Positions 9,818 to 20,130 are shown, numbered from the stretch's first letter. The stretch: 64,000 nucleotides of DNA from Vulcanimicrobiota bacterium (GCA_050250895.1 JBFWNU010000006.1:529902-593901), one strand, 5' to 3'. The notes: generated from the letters alone by a model not told the origin. A program made the numbers and translations.

Positions 9818-10752
9818 TCTACCCCCGCCAGATCCTCCAGGATCGATAGCGGTGTGGAAAGAGCCGGAAACCGTCTGTCCGGGCTGGTAGCGAGCATCGT
9901 TTCAAGCAGCCCGACCACCGCATCGGGAATGCCCGGGACCACCTCGGCCAGCGGAGTCATTTCGCCGGCCACGATCGACTCGGTCAATTGAGCCAGGTTG
10001 CGATTGGGGTAGGGGAGGCGACCGCTCAGCAGTTCGTAGCCCACGACCCCCGCCGAGTATTGGTCGGCCCGCGCGTCGGCCGCCGAGGTCCCGCGGGTGA
10101 TCAGTTCGGGAGCGAGATAGGCGGGGGTTCCCAGGCTGACTCCCTTTTTGGTGATGGACACATCCCCTTTGGTCTTGCCCAGGCCAAAGTCGGTAATTCT
10201 GAGGGTCCCCTCGTTGTCGATCAGGATCGCTCCAGGGTTGAGGTTGCGATGGATGACGTTGTGACGGTGAGCGTGCTCGAGGCCGCGCAGCAACTCGGTG
10301 AGCCACTTGAGCGCCTGGGGCAACGCGACCGGTTGGCTCAGGCGCTCGCTTAGCGGGGTTCCTTCGACATGCTCGAGGGCGAGATAGAACATCCCCTCTT
10401 CTTCGGCCCCCGAGATCACCTTGACAATGTTGGGGTGGTCCAGTTCATGACCGATCAACATCTCGCGATAGAAGCGCGCCTGAAAATCGTCGCGAGTGAC
10501 TGAGTCGGGTTTGTAGACTTTCAGGACGACGGTCCTGGTTCCGCCCAACCCGCGAGAGGTCCCTTTGTAGAGAATCGCGTCTTCGCTCTTGCCGATCTTC
10601 TCGGTGATCTTATAACGTCCGAGCTTGGTCAGATCTGGCGTCTGTTGCGAGAGCCCGGCGTGGGCGCGCTCTCCCTCGTCTGGTCTCGGTTTGAACTTGA
10701 TGGCCAGGGCCACTACGGCCACGGCTACCACAATTCCAATGGTCAGACCCAC
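9814..10752 (-). CDS. membrane-anchored Ser/Thr kinase-like protein (probable pseudokinase)
   Basis: N-terminal TM; VVLK, DFG, GTPAYLAPE present; catalytic loop reads HRNLNP. Confidence 0.85.
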   Translation of the reverse strand: MGLTIGIVVAVAVVALAIKFKPRPDEGERAHAGLSQQTPDLTKLGRYKITEKIGKSEDAILYKGTSRGLGGTRTVVLKVYKPDSVTRDDFQARFYREMLIGHELDHPNIVKVISGAEEEGMFYLALEHVEGTPLSERLSQPVALPQALKWLTELLRGLEHAHRHNVIHRNLNPGAILIDNEGTLRITDFGLGKTKGDVSITKKGVSLGTPAYLAPELITRGTSAADARADQYSAGVVGYELLSGRLPYPNRNLAQLTESIVAGEMTPLAEVVPGIPDAVVGLLETMLATSPDRRFPALSTPLSILEDLAGVE

Positions 10753-10817
10753 TAAAGACCCTCCCTCAATCGCTCGACTGCCCCCGCCCTCTTTTTGAGC
10801 AAACTTCGCCCGAACCT

Positions 10818-11762
10818 TCAGAAGTGGACGTTCAAGATGGTCGGCACCGAGCGTTGCCCCTCGTCGTCGGTGGCAAAAATCGCCAGCGCCGCGCGCATAT
10901 TAGGCAGTTTGAGGGGCACGCCATATTCCATCTCGAAAAAGCCATCTTTGTCGGCTCGAGCTTCAATGCCGCCGGTTCCTCCCTCGCCCGTGATCGTATT
11001 GGGAGGGCTGACCGAGTTGTCAAATCCGATATTGGCCACCGCCGTGACCTTGGCGCCCGGTCGAGTGCGGCCTTTGATTTTGAAATTGAGAGGCATCTTG
11101 CTGCCACTCTTGGGCTCGTCCACCCGCACCCGAAAGATGTGGCCGAACACAATCACCTTGGGCTCGGCCACGATGGTGTCGGTGGTGGGCCCCAACTGCA
11201 GGTGCCCAATCACCGGGACCCCCATCTTGTAGTCGCCCGGCTTGACCAGGTAGGTGCCCTGGTAGTGACCGGTCTCTCCTTCGGTCATGGGAAACTTGTG
11301 GCTGTCCTGCCCCAGGGTGAACCAGGCCTGGCCCCCAGGCTCGGCCACCATATCCACCACCAGTTCGTCGTACTCTCCCAATTCGCTTTTGGCGCTGTGG
11401 TGAATCGACTCGATCCGTCCTCTGGGTTCGACCTGAAACGACCACTCCCACTCCTCGCGTTGCCCCTTGAGATCGGCGATGGAGAAGCGCACCGTAACAC
11501 TGCCGGCTTCCATTCGACTCAGGGGACGGAAACTTACAAACAGAGGGGTCTTCAAGCACTGGGCGCTGACTTCGCGGCCGTTGAACCACATGCGCGCGCT
11601 GCTGTGGTCATAGTTGCCCTGGTTGGGCAGATCGACGCTGACGGTGGGGCGAGGATCGGTGACGGTTTCGCCACGGGCCGGCGAAAAGGGGAGGGGAGCA
11701 CCCCAGGCCATGCCGACCAGCAGCATTATATAGAACCAGACAGCCAGGGGGCGAACAGACAT
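10818..11762 (-). CDS. putative secreted beta-rich (Ig-like) protein
   Basis: signal peptide-like MSVRPLAVWFYIMLLVGMAWG; beta-strand-rich segments. Confidence 0.65.
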   Translation of the reverse strand: MSVRPLAVWFYIMLLVGMAWGAPLPFSPARGETVTDPRPTVSVDLPNQGNYDHSSARMWFNGREVSAQCLKTPLFVSFRPLSRMEAGSVTVRFSIADLKGQREEWEWSFQVEPRGRIESIHHSAKSELGEYDELVVDMVAEPGGQAWFTLGQDSHKFPMTEGETGHYQGTYLVKPGDYKMGVPVIGHLQLGPTTDTIVAEPKVIVFGHIFRVRVDEPKSGSKMPLNFKIKGRTRPGAKVTAVANIGFDNSVSPPNTITGEGGTGGIEARADKDGFFEMEYGVPLKLPNMRAALAIFATDDEGQRSVPTILNVHF

Positions 11763-11845
11763 ACGGATGCTTTCTGCGCAACGTCCTTCGGCTCCCGCAT
11801 GGTCTGGAAGGAACCCCATGAGCCGCGTAGAACCGGCCACAACCA

Positions 11846-13087
11846 ATGAGTAATCGCAGAGTTGTCATCACCGGCCTTGGGGTCATCTCGCCTCTGGGCC
11901 TCGGCTGGGAAGTCTTCTGGAAGAGCCTTCTCGAAGGTCGTTCGGGGGTAGGCCCCATCACGGCCTTCGATATCACGGATTTTCCCACCAAGATCGCGGC
12001 TCAGGTCAACGATTTCGAGCCTGAAAACTACATGCCCAAGAAGGACGTGCGCCGCATGGATCGCACCATCCAGTTCGCGGTAGGCGCTGCTTCTCTAGCA
12101 CTGGCCGATTCGGGCCTGGCAGTGGAGCAAAGCGACCCTGACCGCATCGGTGTATGCATCGGCTCGGGTATTGGCGGCATGGATACCTGGGAGGCTCAGC
12201 ACAAGGCCTTCCTCGACAAAGGCCCCCGACGGGTCAGTCCGTTCTTCATTCCCATGATGATTCCTAACATGCCGTCAGGTCAGGTCAGCATTCAGTTTGG
12301 CTTGCGGGGGCCGAACTATTCCGTGGTCAGCGCCTGCGCTACCGGCGGCAACTGCATCGCCAGCGCCGTCGATGTGATCAAAGCCGACAAAGCCGACGCC
12401 ATGCTGGCGGGTGGCACCGAAGCCGCGGTCACGCCGCTCGCCGTAGCGGGGTTTTGCTCCATGCGGGCCATGTCGACCCGCAACGACGAGCCCGAACGGG
12501 CCTCACGCCCCTTTGACAAAGGACGCGACGGCTTTGTGATGGGAGAGGCTGCCGGCGTGCTGCTGTTAGAAGAGCGTGAGCACGCCCTGGCGCGGGGCGC
12601 CAAGATCTATGCCGAGATCGTCGGCTACGGCGCCACCGCCGACGCCTATCACATGACCAATCCCGACCCTCAAGGCCAGGGTGCCGCCCGGGCCATGCTG
12701 ATGGCCCTCAAGGAGGCGGGACTCGCGCCCGGCCAGGTCGATTATATCAATGCCCACGGCACTTCCACGCCGGTCGGCGATCCGTGCGAGGTTCAAGCTA
12801 TCAAGAGCGTGTTTGGCGATCATGCCTATAAGGTTGCGGTGTCATCCACCAAATCGATGACCGGGCACACGCTGGGCGCGGCCGGAGCCATCGAGACCAT
12901 CGTGTGCACCCTGGCGGTGCAAAAAGACGAGATTCCGCCCACCATCAACTACGAAGAGCCCGATCCCGAGTGCGACCTCGACGTGGTGCCCAACGTGCCT
13001 CGCAAAGCGCCGGTCGGATTGGCCCTCAACAACACCTTCGGTTTCGGCGGTCACAACACCGTGCTGGCCCTGGCTAAGCACGATTGA
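11846..13087 (+). CDS. fabF: 3-oxoacyl-ACP synthase II
   Basis: RRVVITGLG, SACATG, NAHGTST, SSTKSMTGH, FGFGG. Confidence 0.97.
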   Translation: MSNRRVVITGLGVISPLGLGWEVFWKSLLEGRSGVGPITAFDITDFPTKIAAQVNDFEPENYMPKKDVRRMDRTIQFAVGAASLALADSGLAVEQSDPDRIGVCIGSGIGGMDTWEAQHKAFLDKGPRRVSPFFIPMMIPNMPSGQVSIQFGLRGPNYSVVSACATGGNCIASAVDVIKADKADAMLAGGTEAAVTPLAVAGFCSMRAMSTRNDEPERASRPFDKGRDGFVMGEAAGVLLLEEREHALARGAKIYAEIVGYGATADAYHMTNPDPQGQGAARAMLMALKEAGLAPGQVDYINAHGTSTPVGDPCEVQAIKSVFGDHAYKVAVSSTKSMTGHTLGAAGAIETIVCTLAVQKDEIPPTINYEEPDPECDLDVVPNVPRKAPVGLALNNTFGFGGHNTVLALAKHD

Positions 13088-13818
13088 GCGGGGGGCAGCC
13101 AGAGGCTGACCTCGAGCAACGGCTGGGGTATAGCTTTACCGACCCCGCCCGGTTGATTCTGGCGCTCACTCACGAATCGTTCGTCAACGAAGCCGAGCCG
13201 GTCGTCGAGAGCAACGAGCGACTCGAATTTCTAGGCGACTCGGTGTTGGGATTGGTGGTCGCCAGTTATCTGTTTCGCACCTATCCCGATCTGTCCGAAG
13301 GCGATTTGGCCCGCATGAAAAGCCACCTGGTCAGCACCCAACACCTGGCCGAGAAAGCAGCCGAACTCGAACTGGGCGAGCATCTCCGTCTGGGTCGTGG
13401 CGAGATGCTCACCCATGGACGCAAACGGCGTTCATTGTTGGCTGACGCCCTGGAAGCGGTGATCGGCGCGGTCTATCTCGATGGCGGTTTTGAACCGGCC
13501 AGGCTGCTGGTGATCAGGCTCTTGCGCAACGATATGGACAACAGCCTCGGCTTGCGCAAAGACTATAAGAGCGCCCTGCAAGAATGGACCCAGAGCCACT
13601 TCAAAGAGCTTCCGGAGTATCTGGTGCTCAGCGAAGAGGGTCCCCCTCATGAGCGCGTCTTCGAGGTAGAGGTTCGCTTTCACGATATGCGACTCGGAGG
13701 CGGAGTCGGCGGCAGCAAGCGCGACGCCAGTCAGGTGGCCGCTCGCGAGGCCCTCGAGCGCATCAAAGAGGAAGAGATTCCCTGGCAAGAGTGGGTTCAG
13801 GGTGAAGAATCTGCCTGA
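13084..13818 (+). CDS. rnc: ribonuclease III
   Basis: NERLEFLGDSVL, ADALEAVIGAVYLD, dsRBD DYKSALQE. Confidence 0.97.
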   Translation: MSGGQPEADLEQRLGYSFTDPARLILALTHESFVNEAEPVVESNERLEFLGDSVLGLVVASYLFRTYPDLSEGDLARMKSHLVSTQHLAEKAAELELGEHLRLGRGEMLTHGRKRRSLLADALEAVIGAVYLDGGFEPARLLVIRLLRNDMDNSLGLRKDYKSALQEWTQSHFKELPEYLVLSEEGPPHERVFEVEVRFHDMRLGGGVGGSKRDASQVAAREALERIKEEEIPWQEWVQGEESA

Positions 13819-14086
13819 CGGGGTGGCTCTCGACGTCAAAGTCGTGCCCCGAGCCAAGCAGACGGCTCGCGCCGGATTCGACGACGATATTCTGACCTTG
13901 CGTTTGGCAGCGCCTCCCGTTGACGGGAAGGCAAATGCCGCCCTGATCGCGTATCTGGCAAAATCGCTGCGGCTTAAAAGGTCTCAGGTCGAGATTAAGT
14001 CTGGAGAGAAATCACGCCACAAGGTCGTGATTCTCAGGGGGGTCGACGCCGACACGGTCAGGCGTTGGGCCCTGGAAAAGGAGTAA
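13802..14086 (+). CDS. DUF167 (YggU) protein
   Basis: VKVVPRA, APPVDGKAN, GEKSRHK. Confidence 0.9.
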   Translation: MKNLPDGVALDVKVVPRAKQTARAGFDDDILTLRLAAPPVDGKANAALIAYLAKSLRLKRSQVEIKSGEKSRHKVVILRGVDADTVRRWALEKE

Positions 14087-14088
14087 AA

Positions 14089-14523
14089 GTGGCTAATTTA
14101 CCATTTACACAAGGCTTTGCCGGAGGAAGCGCAGGCTCATCGAAAAGCCCGAGCTTGCAGTTCTCGGTGCCCTGTCTGGAGGTCGATGATCAGGACCAGA
14201 AGCCACCCACTTTCAAGTATCTCTTTTACGAGTTGCCTTTTCCCGAATTCCCGTACAAAGCCAGCTTCTTCATCGCCAACGGTTGGTGTGCCGGGCAAGG
14301 CAATTTTCATCAAAGCATGAAACTGCTCAAACCCGACGGCAGCATGCTGGTAGAGACTGGCCAGCAGGCAGTCGACCTGCAGGACCCCAATGTGCCGTTC
14401 ATGGCGGTCAACTTTTTCAAAGACTTGCCCTTTGAAGGTCCTGGTGTCTATCGAATCCAGGTCTTCCTGGGCAGCAATCAGGTGCTGGAATATCCGCTGA
14501 CGGTGCGCAAAGTCGACGCTTAG
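14089..14523 (+). CDS. hypothetical protein (DUF6941-like beta-sandwich)
   Basis: operonic ORF; LPFEGPGVYRIQVFL C-terminal pattern. Confidence 0.65.
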   Translation: MANLPFTQGFAGGSAGSSKSPSLQFSVPCLEVDDQDQKPPTFKYLFYELPFPEFPYKASFFIANGWCAGQGNFHQSMKLLKPDGSMLVETGQQAVDLQDPNVPFMAVNFFKDLPFEGPGVYRIQVFLGSNQVLEYPLTVRKVDA

Positions 14524-14575
14524 GCCCATGGTTATGATCGCCAAAGAAAGGTTTGACGATCATGATGTGGGCGAC

Positions 14576-14604
14576 TTGTCAAAGCTCATCGTCCGTGATA
14601 TACT
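14576..14604 (+). promoter_or_regulatory. sigma70 promoter of rplS
   Basis: TTGTCA-17 bp-TATACT with extended TG. Confidence 0.7.
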
Positions 14605-14639
14605 CGCCGCTGTTCTGTCTCTAAGAGAGGTTTAAGCTG

Positions 14640-14984
14640 ATGGATGTAATCCTTGAACTCGAAAACGCTCAACTCAAGAGCGACGTGCCCGACTTCGGGC
14701 CTGGCGACACTGTTCGCGCCCACCTGACCGTAGTCGAAGGCGGCAAAGAACGTATTCAGGCTTTCGAAGGCGTGTGCATCTCGCGCGGTAAAGCCGGCCT
14801 GCGTGAAACGGCCACCCTGCGCAAGATTTCTCACGGCATCGGTGTCGAGCGCACCCTGATGCTGCATAGCCCGCGCATCAAGAAAATCGAAGTGGTTCGC
14901 CACGGCGATGTCCGCCAGGCACGACTATTCTACCTCCGCGATCGCGTGGGTAAAAAGGCTCGGGTCAAAGAGAAGCGCGTCTAG
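14640..14984 (+). CDS. rplS: 50S ribosomal protein L19
   Basis: [33 protein letters not shown]. Confidence 0.97.
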   Translation: MDVILELENAQLKSDVPDFGPGDTVRAHLTVVEGGKERIQAFEGVCISRGKAGLRETATLRKISHGIGVERTLMLHSPRIKKIEVVRHGDVRQARLFYLRDRVGKKARVKEKRV

Positions 14985-14994
14985 GGGTTCTCCC

Positions 14995-15603
14995 TTGAGC
15001 GAAACGCTCCTAATCTTTCTTTTGTACCTGCTCCTCATGGGGCGGGTGCTTATTCATTTTCGCCCCAAAACCATCCGCGATCGGGGCACCCGCCGCCTGG
15101 CCTGCGAGACCGCCGACTCGTTCATCCACGCCGGCGTCTGGGCCTTGATTCTCATCAACCTGGTGGTGAGAAACTTCTACATTCCCTCGGGCTCGATGAT
15201 TCCCACGCTGCTGGTTCACGACTCGCTGCTGGTGAACAAGTTCATCTATCGAGTCTCTCAGCCCAACCGGGGCGACATCATCGTGTTCCGTCCTCCCATC
15301 GACCCCAATCGCGACTTCATCAAGCGCGTCATCGGGCTCGAACACGACCTCATCGAGGTGCGCGACGGAGTGCTCTATCGCAACGGCCTGCGAGTGGACG
15401 AGCCCTATCTCAACGAACCCCTCATGAATCAAGACATGGAACCAGTCCGGGTGCCCGAGGGCGAGCTGTTCATGATGGGCGACAATCGGAACAACTCGAA
15501 CGACTCGCGCTTCTGGGGCGGGGCTCCGGTCAAGGACGTGGTTGGCAAGGCCACCGTCATCATCTATCCGCCCACCCGCTGGCGCTGGATACACACCCGG
15601 TGA
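14995..15603 (+). CDS. lepB: signal peptidase I
   Basis: IPSGSMIPTL, FIKRVIGL, MGDNRNNSNDSRFWG; start approximate. Confidence 0.93.
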   Translation: MSETLLIFLLYLLLMGRVLIHFRPKTIRDRGTRRLACETADSFIHAGVWALILINLVVRNFYIPSGSMIPTLLVHDSLLVNKFIYRVSQPNRGDIIVFRPPIDPNRDFIKRVIGLEHDLIEVRDGVLYRNGLRVDEPYLNEPLMNQDMEPVRVPEGELFMMGDNRNNSNDSRFWGGAPVKDVVGKATVIIYPPTRWRWIHTR

Positions 15604-16451
15604 CCAAAGCCTTCTCGTGGTACCCCGGCCACATGGCCCGGGCACGCCGCCGACTCGAGGGCAATCTCAAACTGGCGGACGCGGTGCTCACCGTGCTCGA
15701 TTGCCGCATCCCGGCCACCTCGCGCCATCTCGAACTCGAGGCCAGTCTGGCCGAACGAAACATGCCGATTCTGCTGGTGCTCAACAAGGCCGACCTGGCC
15801 GACCCGCAGCTCACCAAGAGGTGGCTCGAGCAACTCAAACGCGAGGGGGTCACGGCCGTAGCGATGAGTTCCCAGCAGGGTCGCGGCGCCGGCCCTTTGC
15901 GACCCCATCTCGATCGGTTGCGCGAGAAAGTGGCCGAGCGGTTCGAACATAAAGGGGTCAGGGCTCGCGACCCTCGTCTGCTGGTGGTGGGTCTACCCAA
16001 CGTGGGCAAATCTTCACTGCTCAACCGCCTGGTAGGCAAAAGCCGGGCTAAGACCGGTCGTAAACCCGGAGTCACCCGGGGCGCCCAGTGGGTGGTTGCC
16101 CAGGGCAAGTGGCAGGTGCTGGACACTCCCGGCATTCTTTATCCGCGCATCGAGACCGAGCAACAACTGGCCTATCTGGCCGCCGTCGGCTGCGTCAAGC
16201 GCGACGTCCTGCCTTTCGAAGACGTGGCCCGCCATCTGCTGATGGCCCTGGTCGAGCGCGATCTGGCCGAGCCGATGCTGGGAGAGCCTCCTTATCCGGA
16301 GCCTCACCTCTTGATTGAAGCTCTGGCGCGCCAAAAGGGCTTCTTGCTCAAGGGCGGACGCCTTGATATCGAACGGGCCACCACCTGGTTGCTGGCTCAA
16401 TTCTTCGAGGGCAAAGTCGGCCCCGTGACTCTGGAGGCTCCGTGCGCGTAG
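15600..16451 (+). CDS. ylqF: ribosome biogenesis GTPase YlqF/RbgA
   Basis: WYPGHM, NKADL, GLPNVGKSS, DTPG in circularly permuted order. Confidence 0.95.
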   Translation: MTKAFSWYPGHMARARRRLEGNLKLADAVLTVLDCRIPATSRHLELEASLAERNMPILLVLNKADLADPQLTKRWLEQLKREGVTAVAMSSQQGRGAGPLRPHLDRLREKVAERFEHKGVRARDPRLLVVGLPNVGKSSLLNRLVGKSRAKTGRKPGVTRGAQWVVAQGKWQVLDTPGILYPRIETEQQLAYLAAVGCVKRDVLPFEDVARHLLMALVERDLAEPMLGEPPYPEPHLLIEALARQKGFLLKGGRLDIERATTWLLAQFFEGKVGPVTLEAPCA

Positions 16452-17182
16452 GTTGCCTTGGGCTTCTGGCCGCTCTCGATCGCGCTCACGACTATCGGCA
16501 GGCCTGCCGCCACCTCAGGGAGCACCCGGCCCTGTTGAAGACGGCTCGCTCAGAGTATGCTCGCCTCGGTCGGATGTGCAGATCCGAGACGAGCGTTTGG
16601 CCCGGCTTGCCGGCGGCCGGCGCCGATGAGGTGGGTCGAGGCCCTCTGGCCGGCCCCCTGGTGGCAGCGGCGGTGGCTTTTGGTGAACGACCCTGGATAC
16701 CGTGGCTCAAAGACTCTAAGAAGCTCAAACCCGAAGAGCGCGAGGAGTTGTGCGAGTGGGTCAAAGAGCGGGCCCTGGCCTTCGCGATCGGGGTGGTCAG
16801 CGTGGAAGAGATCAACGACGGCAACCTTCACTTCCTGTCGCTCGAGGCGATGCGACGCGCCCTTGAGCAGCTTCCCCTGACCCTGGGAGTGGTGCTCATC
16901 GACGGCAAATACACCATCCCGGCCTTCTCCACGCCGCAGCAGGCGCTGATCAAAGGAGACGACAAGAGCGTCTGTATCGCCGCCGCCAGCATTCTGGCCA
17001 AGGTGACCCGGGACCGGATGATGGTCGAACTTGAGGAGCGCTATCCCGGCTATGGACTGGCCGAACACAAGGGCTATGCCACCGAGTTCCATATGGAGGC
17101 TCTCCGGCGCCTCGGGCCCAGCCCGGTTCATCGCTTTAGCTTTGCTCCCGTGCGTGAAGCCTCGCAGGGACTTCTTTTCTAA
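16442..17182 (+). CDS. rnhB: ribonuclease HII
   Basis: GADEVGRGPLAGP, DSKKL, IKGD, IAAASILAKVTRD, HKGY. Confidence 0.95.
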   Translation: MRVGCLGLLAALDRAHDYRQACRHLREHPALLKTARSEYARLGRMCRSETSVWPGLPAAGADEVGRGPLAGPLVAAAVAFGERPWIPWLKDSKKLKPEEREELCEWVKERALAFAIGVVSVEEINDGNLHFLSLEAMRRALEQLPLTLGVVLIDGKYTIPAFSTPQQALIKGDDKSVCIAAASILAKVTRDRMMVELEERYPGYGLAEHKGYATEFHMEALRRLGPSPVHRFSFAPVREASQGLLF

Positions 17183-17199
17183 AGCCGAAGGTGCCCTCG

Positions 17200-17658
17200 A
17201 TGAAGTGCGAACAATGCGGCGAAAGCAATCTTCCTGAAGCCAAATACTGCGAGGCCTGCGGTCACGAGTTGGGGACCGAACCCGAGTCCGAAGGACCTTC
17301 CTCCCCCATCGAATCAGGGGATCTCTCCGAGACTCGGCCAGGCTCACTGCGCGACGAGATTCCCTTTCTAACCGGGGCTGTGGATCAGGCCCGTGCTCGC
17401 ATCGAAGATTGGAAGCAAAAGAGCGCACGCAAGCAGACCGAGAAGGTCCGCGAACGCGAATTTCGCGAGCAGGCCGCTGCCAGTGAGTCGAAAAAGGAGG
17501 GGGGCGGCCTGGGCCAACGAGTCATGACCCTGCTGGTCGGCATTCTGGCCATCGCCGCCTTCATCTACATTCTGGTGCGCCTGCCGCGGGGCACTTCACC
17601 CACGGCCATCTGGGCTCTGGCCTGGAGTATCGCCCAGGACGTGTGTAGCGAGCAGTAA
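17200..17658 (+). CDS. zinc-ribbon membrane protein
   Basis: CEQC..CEAC at the N-terminus; C-terminal TM. Confidence 0.7.
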   Translation: MKCEQCGESNLPEAKYCEACGHELGTEPESEGPSSPIESGDLSETRPGSLRDEIPFLTGAVDQARARIEDWKQKSARKQTEKVREREFREQAAASESKKEGGGLGQRVMTLLVGILAIAAFIYILVRLPRGTSPTAIWALAWSIAQDVCSEQ

Positions 17659-17688
17659 TTCCGCCGCCTTTTCTCGAAGTAGAAAGGC

Positions 17689-17943
17689 ATGCAATGTCAT
17701 GAGTGTCGCCAGCCGGTGGACACCGACTTCCGCCGCTGTCCCCAGTGCGGAACCAAGCTTGCCACCGAGCAGCCGCGAAAGAAAAAAGACAAGAACAAAG
17801 TGGCCCTGGTCTATGCCTCGATCCTGATCGGATGGGCCCTGCTCTTCCCCTTCCTAACCCCCATTATCGTTCACTACTCCATGGACTACCAGGCTCGCCA
17901 GACGGGCGTGACCATCACCCTGCCCCATGAAGTGAGACGATAA
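17689..17943 (+). CDS. small zinc-ribbon membrane protein
   Basis: CHEC..CPQC plus one TM. Confidence 0.7.
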   Translation: MQCHECRQPVDTDFRRCPQCGTKLATEQPRKKKDKNKVALVYASILIGWALLFPFLTPIIVHYSMDYQARQTGVTITLPHEVRR

Positions 17944-17944
17944 T

Positions 17945-18219
17945 AGACGGTAGTTTGGAGACGGTAGACGGTAGCAAAAGACGGTAGCCGTCGAGGACGC
18001 TCTGGGGGCTTGAGCGACTGCTCACTGGGGCTTTGTTCGGCGGTTGCCGCAACGGCCTCAGCCACAAACTGCTCCCTCAACCTGCAACCACTTCGCGCTC
18101 TCCGGTTCTCCGGTCTCTCAATCCAACCGAAGCCGACGTCTCGCCCGGCCGATGACCCCACCTCGCGGCAAAACAAGAGCGACAGGCTTGCGCCTGTCGC
18201 TCTCTACCGTCTACCGTCT
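17945..18219. repeat. intergenic element bounded by inverted AGACGGT heptamer repeats, with a GTAG-type REP hairpin
   Basis: four AGACGGTAG units at 17945-17987; CTACCGTCTACCGTCT at ~18204-18219; hairpin AGAGCGACAGG-cttgcg-CCTGTCGCTCT. Confidence 0.6.
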
Positions 18220-18229
18220 GACGACTAGA

Positions 18230-20068
18230 TCACGGTTGTTCCTCGGCGAGCACGATGGCCAGGAAGATGCAGACCAGACCGTTGCCCAGCAGCCAGAGGC
18301 GGCTGAGGAACAGCGGCACGAAGAGCACGCTGACGGTGTTGAGGGCCGCAGCGAAGAGCAGGTGGGCGGCCACGCCGGCCGTGAACCCCGCCACAATGGC
18401 GCGGAGCCACGATTTCTCGACCACCAGGATGGCCAGCAGCATCGGGATGAGGCAACTGAACATGATGGGGTTGCCGTGATGAGCGGTCCCCAGCAGTAGC
18501 ATATCCCAGGACGGAAATCCACGGGTCAGGTAGGGACAATAGGGGGTGATGTTGCTCATGAAGAGCGGCAGGAAGAACAGCCCGCCTGAAGCCATCACGG
18601 CCCCCGGCACGGTCAGCGCCACCTCGTGAAGAGCGCCCCGGCGAATGATGGGCACCACCACCAGCGCCAGGATTACCAGAGCCACCACCAGAGTCCAGGC
18701 GTTGTAGGTGACAGAAGCCCGGAAGGCGGCGGCTTCGGCATCGATGAGGCCGGCGCCGTAACCGCGCTCTTTGGCGTCGTCGCCCATGAACTTGGCGGTG
18801 GACTGCATCACCTTGAGAATGGCGTCAGGGTTGGTCACACCGGCCGAGGCCACCAGGGCGGCCACGCCAGCCGCGTGAGGCGATGCCATCGAGGTGCCCT
18901 GGAAGAAGTAATAGTCGGACTTCTGGGGGTTGCCCACGGCGATGGTGTTCTGAAGAACACCGCCTTTGGGATTGTTGCGGGTATCCCCGCCGGGAGCGGC
19001 GATGTCGATGCTGGGACCGTAGTTGGTGTAGAAGGTCAGCTCTTCGGCCATGTTGACGGCTGAAACCGAGACGGCCTCAGGATAGCCGGCGGGATAGCCC
19101 GAGCGACCGCTCGACGAGTTGCCAGCGGCGCAAACCACGATCGAGCCCTTGGCGTGAGCGTGGCGCACGGCCGCCCCCATGGTGGAGTCAGGGAACGGAC
19201 CACCCAGGCTCATGTTGATCACGGTAGCGCCGTGGTCGGCCGAAAAGCGGATGCCATCGGCCACATCAGCCAGAGTGCCGCCGCCTCGGGCTGATAACAC
19301 CTTGACCGGCATGATGGTAGCTCCCCAGGCGACTCCGGCTACCCCCTTGCCGTTATTGGTCGACTGGGCGATGGTACCGGCCACATGGGTGCCGTGACAG
19401 TGGTCGTCGACGGCTTCGGGACGGTTGTGCACGAAGTCGTAACCTACGACGAACCCGGTGTTCTCGAGGTCTTCAACCTGATGAAAACGGTCTCCGAAGT
19501 CGCGGTAGGCTACCCCGGTGTCGATCACCGAAACGACCACCCGGCGACCGGTCGACCACTTCCAGGCTTTGACCGCGTGAATCTGGTCCATATGCCACTG
19601 CTCGTTGAAGCGGGGGTCGTCGGGGAAACTCTCGGGCGAAGGTTGGTCGGTGATCTCGTAGTACCAGTTAGGACTGACACTCTCGACTCTGGGATCGGCC
19701 TGGAGACGGTCGATCATCTCACCGATTCTCGATTCGTCGAGGTGAGCCACGGTCAGGCACGACTCCGCCGAATGGATCGAGTTGTAATGCAGGTCGAGGC
19801 CATAGTCACGACCGAGCTCCCGAATCTGGGCGGGAGTCAGTCCGTCGACGGCGTCAACCACCAGGGTGTCGGTCTCACGGGGAATGCCGCCCGGGAGCGG
19901 CCCTTCCCCATCGGCGTCAGCAACGGTCAAGACAAGCTCACCGTCATGCTCGAGCATGTCGGACGGCACCCTGGGTGCCATGGCCCGTCCCGCCATCATC
20001 AGGAGATTGAGGATCAAGAGCCCGGCCAGGCCGACTCCCAATACCTTTCTCAGACTACGTTTGGTCAA
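18230..20068 (-). CDS. membrane-bound subtilisin-family (S8) serine peptidase
   Basis: VIDTG, HGTHVAG, GTSMASPH triad; N-terminal TM and several C-terminal TMs; TTG start after GGAGGA. Confidence 0.92.
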   Translation of the reverse strand: MTKRSLRKVLGVGLAGLLILNLLMMAGRAMAPRVPSDMLEHDGELVLTVADADGEGPLPGGIPRETDTLVVDAVDGLTPAQIRELGRDYGLDLHYNSIHSAESCLTVAHLDESRIGEMIDRLQADPRVESVSPNWYYEITDQPSPESFPDDPRFNEQWHMDQIHAVKAWKWSTGRRVVVSVIDTGVAYRDFGDRFHQVEDLENTGFVVGYDFVHNRPEAVDDHCHGTHVAGTIAQSTNNGKGVAGVAWGATIMPVKVLSARGGGTLADVADGIRFSADHGATVINMSLGGPFPDSTMGAAVRHAHAKGSIVVCAAGNSSSGRSGYPAGYPEAVSVSAVNMAEELTFYTNYGPSIDIAAPGGDTRNNPKGGVLQNTIAVGNPQKSDYYFFQGTSMASPHAAGVAALVASAGVTNPDAILKVMQSTAKFMGDDAKERGYGAGLIDAEAAAFRASVTYNAWTLVVALVILALVVVPIIRRGALHEVALTVPGAVMASGGLFFLPLFMSNITPYCPYLTRGFPSWDMLLLGTAHHGNPIMFSCLIPMLLAILVVEKSWLRAIVAGFTAGVAAHLLFAAALNTVSVLFVPLFLSRLWLLGNGLVCIFLAIVLAEEQP

Positions 20069-20130
20069 GTTGATTCCTCCAAGAAGTTGTCGCGTCGAGA
20101 ATTCGCGAAAAACCGAGAATTCCCCCCGGC

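Noticed and set aside
17945-17990. Short repeats as a CRISPR array
   Set aside because: 7-9 bp units without spacers of CRISPR length, and no cas genes
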